Below, in pieces: positions 17,786 through 25,244 of a DNA stretch of 45,565 nt. The stretch lies in IMG/VR virus record IMGVR_UViG_3300029121_000010, positions 1 to 45,565 of that record; one strand, written 5' to 3'. The stretch comes from a virus. The first letter of the stretch is position 1, and every line of letters starts with the position of its first letter. Both the position numbers and the translations under genes were made by a program. The notes beneath the pieces are model-generated. The model had not been told where the DNA came from. It made no database searches and worked only from the letters and a program-made list of their open reading frames with translations.

Positions 17786-20700
17786 TTATTGTCCGCCCCC
17801 GGCATATCTCCAGATAGAATGGGCCATTGATGCGGCATCACAATTTGATACTAAAATATTATTTGCATAATAGCAACCAGCTCGAACTGTTATATTATAA
17901 ACCCTTTTCTTTGGCTTTCCTGCGTAGTTCTCTTTTAAGGTACTTATCTCGACACCATCGACATATTGTCTGCTCTCTGTGGTCGTTTGGGGTATTAAAT
18001 CTTCTTCCGCAATCGGGACATATTTTAGTAATATGAAGTTTGGCAATGTATTCTTTTTGATGTTTTGAGTGCCAATCTCTCCCCTCTTTTGAGCGATGCC
18101 ACTCTTTGCACATTTCTCTACCTCTTTTATTTGCTTCTTGCATTTCAGGTCTTTTCCAAATTTCAGCGGTTTTTTTGCCATGAAGTTTAGCGTGTTCACT
18201 ACTTGATAAAAGAACCAAATTGCTAAAATCGTTATTATCTTTATTTTCATCTTTGTGGTGAATGTGATAGCCTTTAGGAATTTCTTTTCCCGAATAAAAT
18301 TCATACACAACCCGATGAAGCCGGAATGTTTTTCTTTTTCCGTAAGCAAAGATTTTATTTTCATAATATCCTGTCTTTGGGTTACGATAGTATTTTTTGC
18401 CATTGAACAGTATAAAGATTTTATTTGCCATGAGATTAATTCCTCTATGGTTAATTTACTAACCATAGAATAATCAACATTTTCAAGGCTGTCAAAAGAA
18501 TAATCGTGTGTTGTGTATATTTTGTGGTCTTTAGTTCCGGTTAATCCAATATTATCAATAACCGGCTTCATTCTGCTTGTTGTTCGTGTTATCGGAGAAA
18601 CACCCCAAGGAGTTATGACTAAATCACCAACTTTTAATTCCTCTATATTTTTATCTCCAAAAATTGTGGCGACTTTTGTTCCCGCAACAAAACAAGAATC
18701 GTCGTGCGCGTGCGACATGTCTTCGGCAAACAATGCCGCTTCATTGACTAGATACTGGCTCATTTTATCATCTTTTTTCAATTTTACAAGACCACGATAA
18801 ACATCCCATGAAAGCTCTCTTGTTCTGCCGACCTTGTCCTCTGGGTAGTCATATTCTTTGGGCTTCCAACAAATGGCATTGATGCCGGATTGTATAAGCG
18901 TTTGCTCCAAGCTGATGCCGGATGCTTTGTCTTCAATGTACATAAATGCAGCCGGATTAATTAAGCTGTCGTCCGTCCACTTTTTCCATATCCAGCTCGC
19001 CCTTTCCAAAAGCTCGGGGAATTCCCACTTGCCGACAATCATATCACGCATACGCATCTCTTTACGCAACAGCTCCCAAACTTGAAAACAAGAATAGTCT
19101 GCTGTTACCGTCTTTTTATAGGCGGTATCTGCCGTTATTATTAACTTGCCGTCAATAGGTGTGTTGTCCGGATCATAATAAACCCACCAATCACGTTGGA
19201 TGATGTTTCCTTTTTCGGCTACCGGTGATTGCTGATATTGTGCTTGGAACATGGTATCATTGAATGATATTTCTTTGATACGCTCCGGGGTGTATTGGCT
19301 TGCGATGTTGCATGTGCCGTCCGGTTCAAGCAACGGCTTTATGATGCTGTCAAATTTGTATTGCTCAAGCAAATATCCGGATAAGTCGCCGAGATGGAGC
19401 CTCTGCTGAATGTTAAATATCGGCACGTTACTGTCGTTCAAGCGTGAGAGCAAGGTTTCATCATAATATTTGCGGACTTTTTCGCGCATAACCTCAGATT
19501 GAATATCGGCCGGCTTGTTTGCATCGTCCAGGACTAACGCTCCCGAAAAGGTTGTATTTCCTCTTATTCCGCAATTATGAACCAATATTTGACTTTTGGT
19601 TATAAACAGGTTATTGTTATTCCATAAGGTAACACAATAACTGGGGGCGCTATGATTACAGTTGACAATATTGACTATTTTCCTATTCCCGAATTTAAAG
19701 GGTATTTTATCTCTAAGTGTGGCAAAATTTTCTCTGCTAAAACAAATCGCATTCTTAAACAACGAACCACATATAAAGGGTATAAATCTGTTGAACTTCA
19801 TACCGCCGATAAGAGATACCATTTTTTTGTGCATCGTCTTGTTCTTAAGACTTTTGTCGGAGAATCCTCTCTTGAAACAAGACATCTTAATTCTGACAGG
19901 TCGGATAATAGACTTGAAAACCTTTGTTATGGTACTACCAAGCAAAATACCCTTGATAAATTTGAACAAAACAGAAAATTTCAGAAACTTAACAAAGAGC
20001 TTGCGATAAAGATAGCACAAGACCCCCGTCCATACAAAGAAATTGCCGAAAGTTTTGGTATTTGTTATGGCTCCGTTAGCGACATCAAGTGTGGTTGTGC
20101 GTGGGCGAAAGTAACAGACGGCTTTAGATTTCAAAGAGGAGTAAAAACGGCTGCTGATTATATTTTTGAAAAATTTGGCGATGATGAAATTAAATTTATT
20201 CTTGACAAAAACAATTCTCGCCAATACGTTTCTGAAAAACTCAATATACCTGTTTGGAAGATAAAAAAGATTAGACATTATTTCACTACCCACGGATAAA
20301 AAGTCGGCTCGCCGCTCCTCTCCGTTTTTCAAATAAAAGACGTGGTCAGGCGTGCAGTTTATTTTTTCTCCGTTATCTAGCTCAATCTCCATATAGGGCG
20401 AATTTTCGTTTTTGACATAATCGTATATTGGCTGCAACTCTTTCTGCCTTTTGTCAAAATTATAGCTCCAAACTTTCACGTCTATTTTGTTTTCCACAAT
20501 ATATCCGAGTTTCATAAACCCCTTTTCTGTTAAAACTTCTGTGTTATAGTCAAAACAGCCAAACCCGGTAATGGTTGAACCAATGGATGCAAACAGAATT
20601 TGCCCGCCTTTTGCCGTTATGATGCGTTTGCTGGCGTACACGGCTTTCCCTGTTTCTTTCAGCAGATATTCACGCCAGAAGTCATCAATCGGGTTTTCTT

Positions 20701-21154
20701 CCTTTTCTTCCATGCCAAGCAAGCCGTTGCCGTAGAGTTCTTTGTATATCGGATGCTCTAAAATCTGAGCCACTTCACGGGCAATGTCTGATAGGAGCAT
20801 TTGCGAGAATGATGTATAAATAAAATTACACCTCGGGTTTTTGGTAAGGCAGTAAATGAGCCAATATTTGCAGAGGGTTGTTTTTCCGGCTCGGGGCGGA
20901 ATGTTCATGCATTCGCGGGTTATTCGCAGGTTGTATAGGTCATCAAAAACGTTGAACATATCTTTGTGGATACGGTCCATAATAAAAGGCTTACCCTCAA
21001 GAACTCGGAACATATAACGAAACCAAACTTCAAAACCGGCATCCAGCAATGTCTTGCCGAGATATTCCCGATTGATTTCGCCCGATAAAACGGTATTATT
21101 TTTTTGTTCCTTTTTTGGACTTGCTTGTTTTTTCTGTTTTTGGTTGGCCATCAT
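17786..21154 (-). CDS. terL: terminase large subunit precursor interrupted by two inteins
   Basis: Walker A motif NIPPRAGKTT. The exteins of 199, 293 and 18 aa sum to about 510 aa, a normal TerL size. Two insertions begin with Cys (CFDYNTEVL.. and CFVAGTKVAT..), contain TxxH (block B) and end ..ILVHN|C and ..ILVSN|C. Confidence 0.8.
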   Translation of the reverse strand: MMANQKQKKQASPKKEQKNNTVLSGEINREYLGKTLLDAGFEVWFRYMFRVLEGKPFIMDRIHKDMFNVFDDLYNLRITRECMNIPPRAGKTTLCKYWLIYCLTKNPRCNFIYTSFSQMLLSDIAREVAQILEHPIYKELYGNGLLGMEEKEENPIDDFWREYLLKETGKAVYASKRIITAKGGQILFASIGSTITGFGCFDYNTEVLTEKGFMKLGYIVENKIDVKVWSYNFDKRQKELQPIYDYVKNENSPYMEIELDNGEKINCTPDHVFYLKNGEERRADFLSVGSEIMSNLFYLPNRYIEFFRNVLARIVFVKNKFNFIIAKFFKNIISSRFYSSLKSKAVCYFRPRTTTLDVANGAITNTKTFGNFFVWTGVLCYLYRKLFVKFLKFSVLFKFIKGILLGSTITKVFKSIIRPVRIKMSCFKRGFSDKSLKNKTMHKKMVSLIGGMKFNRFIPFICGSLFKNAICFSRENFATLRDKIPFKFGNRKIVNIVNCNHSAPSYCVTLWNNNNLFITKSQILVHNCGIRGNTTFSGALVLDDANKPADIQSEVMREKVRKYYDETLLSRLNDSNVPIFNIQQRLHLGDLSGYLLEQYKFDSIIKPLLEPDGTCNIASQYTPERIKEISFNDTMFQAQYQQSPVAEKGNIIQRDWWVYYDPDNTPIDGKLIITADTAYKKTVTADYSCFQVWELLRKEMRMRDMIVGKWEFPELLERASWIWKKWTDDSLINPAAFMYIEDKASGISLEQTLIQSGINAICWKPKEYDYPEDKVGRTRELSWDVYRGLVKLKKDDKMSQYLVNEAALFAEDMSHAHDDSCFVAGTKVATIFGDKNIEELKVGDLVITPWGVSPITRTTSRMKPVIDNIGLTGTKDHKIYTTHDYSFDSLENVDYSMVSKLTIEELISWQIKSLYCSMAKNTIVTQRQDIMKIKSLLTEKEKHSGFIGLCMNFIREKKFLKAITFTTKMKIKIITILAIWFFYQVVNTLNFMAKKPLKFGKDLKCKKQIKEVEKCAKSGIAQKRGEIGTQNIKKNTLPNFILLKYVPIAEEDLIPQTTTESRQYVDGVEISTLKENYAGKPKKRVYNITVRAGCYYANNILVSNCDAASMAHSIWRYAGGGQ
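17843..18694 (-). mobile_element. intein 2 (284 aa) in the terminase nuclease domain
   Basis: Block A CFVAGTKVATIFGDKNIEELKVGDLV; block B TGTKDHKIYT; blocks F/G VYNITVRAGCYYANNILVSN followed by Cys+1. It is inserted after SHAHDDS. Confidence 0.75.
17895..18431 (-). CDS. HNH homing endonuclease encoded in an alternative reading frame inside intein 2
   Basis: HRVVYEFYSGKEIPKGYHIHHKDENKDNNDFSNLVLLSSSEHAKLH is an HNH motif. The frame differs from the terminase frame (coordinate ends mod 3 differ), and the terminase frame stays open over the same 537 nt. Confidence 0.7.
   Translation of the reverse strand: MANKIFILFNGKKYYRNPKTGYYENKIFAYGKRKTFRLHRVVYEFYSGKEIPKGYHIHHKDENKDNNDFSNLVLLSSSEHAKLHGKKTAEIWKRPEMQEANKRGREMCKEWHRSKEGRDWHSKHQKEYIAKLHITKICPDCGRRFNTPNDHREQTICRWCRDKYLKRELRRKAKEKGL
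19574..20557 (-). mobile_element. intein 1 (328 aa) in the terminase ATPase domain
   Basis: Block A CFDYNTEVLTEKGF; block B INCTPDHVFYL; blocks F/G SYCVTLWNNNNLFITKSQILVHN followed by Cys+1. The central ~200 aa are low-complexity and are the antisense of a plus-strand HNH gene. Confidence 0.75.
19652..20299 (+). CDS. HNH_3/NUMOD4-type homing endonuclease encoded antisense within intein 1
   Basis: GYFISKCGKIFS...YKSVELHTADKRYHFFVHRLVLKTFVGESSLETRHLNSDRSDNRLENLCYGTTKQN. It has a GGGGG RBS. This is the only convincing plus-strand gene, and it lies exactly between Hint blocks B and F. Confidence 0.75.
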   Translation: MITVDNIDYFPIPEFKGYFISKCGKIFSAKTNRILKQRTTYKGYKSVELHTADKRYHFFVHRLVLKTFVGESSLETRHLNSDRSDNRLENLCYGTTKQNTLDKFEQNRKFQKLNKELAIKIAQDPRPYKEIAESFGICYGSVSDIKCGCAWAKVTDGFRFQRGVKTAADYIFEKFGDDEIKFILDKNNSRQYVSEKLNIPVWKIKKIRHYFTTHG

Positions 21155-21569
21155 TTAATACTTCTTGAATATGCTTGATGATATTGTTTTGGTCTTGCTC
21201 GGTAACAAAGACGGTTGATTGCCCAAGGTTTCCGCTTATGACCTGCTCCGGCATCTCTCCGGCCGTATCTCGCACAAACTGCGCGGCTTTGACATCTTGC
21301 TCTTTTATCGCCTTGTCAAACATAGCCATTGCCAAAACCATACCATTGGTTAAATCTTCCGGATTGATTTCGGGGAATAGCTGTTTTGACTTTGCGGCGA
21401 TGACTGCGTGCGGTTTCATTTCAAGCAAGGCCTGCGTGAGTTCTTTCAGGCTTTTCTTTCGTCTTCTGGCATCGGCTGATGCTTTTCCGCCAAGAGCTCC
21501 AAAGATACGGGCTTCTTCTGGGGTGTAGTTCTCTCTCTTTTTAGTGCCTCTTCGCATAATTTTCTCCAA
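21096..21569 (-). CDS. terS: putative terminase small subunit
   Basis: 157-aa ORF with a basic N-terminus, lying immediately upstream of and overlapping the TerL start. Assignment is by position only. Confidence 0.35.
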   Translation of the reverse strand: MEKIMRRGTKKRENYTPEEARIFGALGGKASADARRRKKSLKELTQALLEMKPHAVIAAKSKQLFPEINPEDLTNGMVLAMAMFDKAIKEQDVKAAQFVRDTAGEMPEQVISGNLGQSTVFVTEQDQNNIIKHIQEVLNDGQPKTEKTSKSKKGTKK

Positions 21570-21595
21570 AATTACAATATAAACCCGATAAGATT

Positions 21596-22078
21596 TTACA
21601 AAATATTCAGGTGCATGATGTCTGACACGGCGACAAAACCGAGTTTTTGATGTGCTCTTTTGCTGGCTTTATTCACCTTGAACACACCGGACACAATCCG
21701 CTTGTATCCAATTTGCTGGGTGAATAGCTTCAAACGTTCAATCATTTCTTTATACACGCCCTTTCTTCTGAACTCTGGCATTGTGTAAACGTGGCAAGCC
21801 CAGACTTCCTTGGTCGGGTGTCCGAAACCCACCGAGATAAACCCGATGACGCGGTTGTTAATATCTTGGGCGACAACATAGATTTGCGTTTCGTCTGCAA
21901 AGTCTTCTTTAGGCATGTTGCAGATTTGGGATATTTCTTCAAGATATGCCGCTTTGAGCTGATTTATCTGCGCCAGAGTGTTTTTGTCTTTGATGTTGTT
22001 AAATATTGAAGCCTTAAATATCAAAGGTTCTTCAAGTGCGTATTTGTCAGGATTGACATTTTCTTCTTTTTCAAGCAT
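21596..22078 (-). CDS. GNAT family N-acetyltransferase
   Basis: VGFISVGFGH...MPEFRRKGVYKEMIERL...NKASKRAHQKLGF is an acetyl-CoA-binding GNAT core. The likely start is MLEKEE at 22078, overlapping the TGA of the upstream ORF. Confidence 0.6.
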   Translation of the reverse strand: MLEKEENVNPDKYALEEPLIFKASIFNNIKDKNTLAQINQLKAAYLEEISQICNMPKEDFADETQIYVVAQDINNRVIGFISVGFGHPTKEVWACHVYTMPEFRRKGVYKEMIERLKLFTQQIGYKRIVSGVFKVNKASKRAHQKLGFVAVSDIMHLNIL

Positions 22079-22265
22079 CTTTTTCCCCTTTATTAAAGAT
22101 TTCATCAAATCGTTCTTTGGATAGTCCAACGGAAACAAGGGAAGCCGACCCCGTGGTCAGATCCCCTTGTTCTTCGTTTTCATACTTTCTTTCATCGTAT
22201 TCTTTTAAGTCTTCAACAAATCGGAAAGTTGTTTTTCCGTTCTTTTTGACCTCAACAAACGGCAT
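22071..22265 (-). CDS. hypothetical protein
   Basis: 64-aa ORF translationally coupled to the GNAT gene. Confidence 0.35.
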   Translation of the reverse strand: MPFVEVKKNGKTTFRFVEDLKEYDERKYENEEQGDLTTGSASLVSVGLSKERFDEIFNKGEKDA

Positions 22266-22268
22266 TTT

Positions 22269-23345
22269 TTATCTCTCCCAAGGATGTTCGTTATCTATGA
22301 CACCAAATAATCCCCTCTTGCATAATACCGCAAATTTTGGATTTTGCAAACCGAATGCTCCAATAACTCTTGTAGGACACAAATCTGTTTTGTTTGATTT
22401 TTTTTCAAGAAGTTGGCCGTATTTGTCTTTTATAAGCACTGTTGCGTTTATTTGTGCCTTGCCAATGCAGCAGCTCAGGCGACATTCTGCGGAGAATTTG
22501 AACGGATGCGTTGATTCTGTCAATTCAAAAATTGCTGATGCTCTGGCGACAATGTTCAAAGCAAGGTCTGCCTTGGTGCCGTCCTTTGTCCATGGGCTAC
22601 CGCCCCCGATGGGGGAGTTTCCGCCATAGAAGTCAACCGCCAACTTGCGGCCGGTGGTTCCGCAATCTCCCATGGATGAATGCTTGATGTATTTTCCGGT
22701 GCCGTTGATGATTGTTACTGTGGTGGGGGTTATGTTCTTCTTTCCTGCCCATGCTTCAACTGTGCGTTTTATCTTTGTAAACTCTTTTTTGTCTTTGGCC
22801 GGAATGGCAACGATGATTTCTTCAATCATATCGTCATCATCGAGTGTGATTTGGGTTTTGATGTCCAGACCGCCGATGCCGTCTTTCTTTGCTTTGTTAT
22901 ACAAGATGTTGTTCAGTTCTTTGGCAAGGAAATGATCCAAAGGCATATAATTTGTGTCTGGGTTGTTTTCCGCATAGCCGAAGAATATGCCTTGGTCGCC
23001 CCATCCGTCACGATTAACCCCTTTAGCGATGTCCGGGCTTTGGGTAGAGAAAAGAACACGCACTTGTAAATCATCCGAGCAAATTGTATTTTCCTTGCCC
23101 CATTTCTCGGCATATTTCTTTGTATAACCGATTTCCTCAACGGCTTCTTTTACCCATTTTTCGGCAGAAATGCTGGCTTTTGTGGTGATTTCCCCACCAA
23201 GGGTTACAAACTTGTCTTTTATTTGCACTTCCAACGCATATCTGGCATTTTGGTCTTGCTCAAGAATGCGGTCAAGAATATACTCGCTTATGTAATCTGC
23301 GATTTTGTCCGGGTGTCCAAGTGATACGTATTCGCTTGTTCTCAT
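22269..23345 (-). CDS. metK: S-adenosylmethionine synthetase (MetK homologue)
   Basis: Diagnostic MetK motifs: SLGHPDKIAD, GGEITT, QSPDI, GWGDQG, SMGDCGTTGRKLAVDFYGG, GGGSPWTKDGTKAD. Confidence 0.85.
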   Translation of the reverse strand: MRTSEYVSLGHPDKIADYISEYILDRILEQDQNARYALEVQIKDKFVTLGGEITTKASISAEKWVKEAVEEIGYTKKYAEKWGKENTICSDDLQVRVLFSTQSPDIAKGVNRDGWGDQGIFFGYAENNPDTNYMPLDHFLAKELNNILYNKAKKDGIGGLDIKTQITLDDDDMIEEIIVAIPAKDKKEFTKIKRTVEAWAGKKNITPTTVTIINGTGKYIKHSSMGDCGTTGRKLAVDFYGGNSPIGGGSPWTKDGTKADLALNIVARASAIFELTESTHPFKFSAECRLSCCIGKAQINATVLIKDKYGQLLEKKSNKTDLCPTRVIGAFGLQNPKFAVLCKRGLFGVIDNEHPWER

Positions 23346-23360
23346 TTCATCATCTCCAAC

Positions 23361-23564
23361 TTATCTTCTTCTTATTTCGTGAATTTCGTTATAAAGTTCA
23401 AGCCATTTTCTGGCTCTTTGCATCACAATGTCCGGCGGATTAACCGAGCCTTCCTCATATTTGATGACAGACGGCTCGCTCCGTCTAAGGCAAACCGCAG
23501 CAAAGGCTTTTCGGCCCATCTGCATTGTTTTTCGGATTTTTAAGATTTCTTGTCCTCGTGTCAT
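23361..23564 (-). CDS. small HTH protein (Cro-like candidate)
   Basis: 67-aa ORF resembling a short XRE-type HTH, downstream of an intergenic region with inverted promoter-like repeats. Confidence 0.4.
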   Translation of the reverse strand: MTRGQEILKIRKTMQMGRKAFAAVCLRRSEPSVIKYEEGSVNPPDIVMQRARKWLELYNEIHEIRRR

Positions 23565-23601
23565 TTTCTTTCTTTCCTGAATTAAAAAAATATGGCGGTT
23601 G

Positions 23602-23690
23602 GTATAATTTAGCCTTATGTAATAGTTTGTGGCACAGCGTTTGCGTTTCCGATTATACCGTTATTAGGTTGCCGCCATCCAACCTTTGGA
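23602..23690. promoter_or_regulatory. pair of inverted promoter-like elements ATGGCGG..GGTATAAT (divergent)
   Basis: The plus strand has ATGGCGGTTGGTATAAT (23602..23618), which reads as an extended -10 (TGgTATAAT). The minus strand has ATGGCGGcaacctaataacGGTATAAT (23690..23661), pointing toward the Cro-like gene. Confidence 0.4.
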
Positions 23691-23703
23691 GCTGCCACGG
23701 CTG

Positions 23704-24120
23704 TCAGATATGGTGAAACCTACCGTCTTCGGTCTTTTCCCATTTCCTTTTTCGGTTCTTATTCATTTTTTGTATTATTGCCAAATCTATAACTGACAAA
23801 ATATCCAGGGTTGCGTTGTTAAGATAATTATTTTCAATGGAAATTCCGATTTTACTGTCAAATCGGCGAAGACCGGCACAAACTATCAAAATATCGGCTA
23901 TTTCTTCAAATAAAGCAGCTTTATCTTTTTTACCAACTTTAAGAGATTCACAGATTTCTTCTTCAAGTTTGGCAAGCTGTCCGGCAAGGGTTGCATCCGG
24001 AAAGGTTTTCTCATGCCATCTTTTTATGGAGTTTAACCTATTATCAATATTTTCCAAAATAAGTGCTTTTGAAAGTTTATCTAATGGTTTTTGTTTTTTG
24101 TTTTTGAAAAAATTAAACAT
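23704..24120 (-). CDS. MazG-like nucleotide pyrophosphohydrolase
   Basis: KLEEEICESLKVGKKDKAALFEEIADILIVCAGL has the EExxE/D...EE..D pattern of all-alpha NTP pyrophosphatases. Confidence 0.5.
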   Translation of the reverse strand: MFNFFKNKKQKPLDKLSKALILENIDNRLNSIKRWHEKTFPDATLAGQLAKLEEEICESLKVGKKDKAALFEEIADILIVCAGLRRFDSKIGISIENNYLNNATLDILSVIDLAIIQKMNKNRKRKWEKTEDGRFHHI

Positions 24121-24129
24121 AATTAACTC

Positions 24130-24417
24130 CTAGATATTCAATGCTTTGCGGTATGTATCAAGCAAAATTTCTTGTTCATCTCGGTCAGCGGCATTCATCT
24201 TACGAAGCTTAATGCATGCACGCATGGCTTTTGTATCAAATCCGGCTCCTTTGGCTTCGGCAAAGATATCTCTGATATCTGAAGCGATACCGGCTTTTTC
24301 TTCTTCAAGGCGTTCAACTCTTTCAATCAAAGAACGCAAGCGGTCAACAGCAATGCCGCCGATGATGTTGTTTCTTTCATCGTCTTCTTTGGTAATTAAA
24401 GTTGTTTGTTCGCTCAT
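24130..24417 (-). CDS. GapR-like DNA-binding protein (DUF2312)
   Basis: IAVDRLRSLIERVERLEEEKAGIASDIRDIFAEAKGAGFDTKAMRACIKLRKMNAADRDEQEILLDTYRKAL closely matches the remembered DUF2312/GapR consensus. Confidence 0.65.
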   Translation of the reverse strand: MSEQTTLITKEDDERNNIIGGIAVDRLRSLIERVERLEEEKAGIASDIRDIFAEAKGAGFDTKAMRACIKLRKMNAADRDEQEILLDTYRKALNI

Positions 24418-24418
24418 A

Positions 24419-24616
24419 TTACATTCCTCTCTTTAGTTTTTTATACAAGGCTCTGGTGCATGTATCTTTCATTACAACCGTTCCGCACATAATCGGCTTT
24501 GGCAGATTAGGAAGTTCAATAAGATGTTTTTTTGTGAGAGTATATTCAACTTCGACATCTGTGGTGGCCATTTGCTTTGCAAGCTTGCGGAGTTTCTTTG
24601 CTTTTTTAGAGTTCAT
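24419..24616 (-). CDS. small basic protein
   Basis: The likely start is MNSKKAKKLRKLAK, with an AAGGAAA RBS downstream of the 24658 promoter. Confidence 0.4.
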   Translation of the reverse strand: MNSKKAKKLRKLAKQMATTDVEVEYTLTKKHLIELPNLPKPIMCGTVVMKDTCTRALYKKLKRGM

Positions 24617-24657
24617 TTCTTTGTTTCCTTTTTTAGTTACCATAAAAACATAAAAAT

Positions 24658-24684
24658 ATTATAACCCTTTATTGTAATTGTCAA
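24658..24684 (-). promoter_or_regulatory. sigma70-like promoter TTGACA-15nt-TATAAT with the ATTACAA element
   Basis: Minus-strand TTTGACAATTACAATAAAGGGTTATAAT. Confidence 0.5.
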
Positions 24685-25223
24685 ACATAAATTTGTTTTA
24701 TGACATTATTTTTGTAATCCGGGATTTTTTTTGTTTTACATCCGCTTTTTATCAAATGGATGATTTTCTTTGTACTTTCATCGGTTAAATCGACTTTAAG
24801 ACAAATTTCTTCATCATTCATGCCGGAGTTAATTAAATTTTTTATTTGCTTGTATATCTTGTTTTTTTGCTCTCCCATGAGGTATTTATCTATTACGGCT
24901 TCCTGCACCTCGATGCTTTTGAGTTTTGCGTTGACAACGTTCGCAATGACCATACACTCTGGCATCTGTTTTGCTTTTTTTATCGCATACATGATTGTGG
25001 TATGGTTCCTTTTGAATTTTGAACCAATGTGTGGATAACTAAAGCCCCTCTCATAAAGCACATAATAGCAAACAAATTTCGGCAAAACATACTTGTTTTC
25101 GTAATTTGAGAAAATTTTCTTGTAATCCGGCAACTGCATTGCTTCTCCAACTGCCTGAATAAGCTCTTGCGTTTTTCGGTCAAATTCTTCAAATTGCGTT
25201 GGCTTCTTTCCTCTCTCCATCAT
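24681..25223 (-). CDS. DnaA domain-IV-like DNA-binding protein
   Basis: VLPKFVCYYVLYERGFSYPHIGSKFKRNHTTIMYAIKKAKQM aligns with the DnaA C-terminal box-binding helix-turn-helix (..LPEIG..FGGRDHTTVLHA.RKI). Confidence 0.6.
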   Translation of the reverse strand: MMERGKKPTQFEEFDRKTQELIQAVGEAMQLPDYKKIFSNYENKYVLPKFVCYYVLYERGFSYPHIGSKFKRNHTTIMYAIKKAKQMPECMVIANVVNAKLKSIEVQEAVIDKYLMGEQKNKIYKQIKNLINSGMNDEEICLKVDLTDESTKKIIHLIKSGCKTKKIPDYKNNVIKQIYV

Positions 25224-25244
25224 TTATTTGCTCCCCCTGTTGTT

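Noticed and set aside
22117-22629. 170-aa plus-strand ORF antisense to metK
   Set aside because: It overlaps the strongly supported MetK homologue and has no independent signal.
24708-24735. Small palindrome AATCCGGGATT + T8 on the plus strand
   Set aside because: Only a 5-bp stem with a 1-nt loop, too weak for a terminator call. It is probably incidental.
8264-25036. Two perfect DnaA-box 9-mers (TTATCCACA at 8264 and TGTGGATAA at 25028)
   Set aside because: About 0.35 perfect 9-mers are expected by chance in 2x45 kb, so two dispersed hits are not convincingly enriched. The one inside the DnaA-C-like gene is mentioned only as a curiosity.
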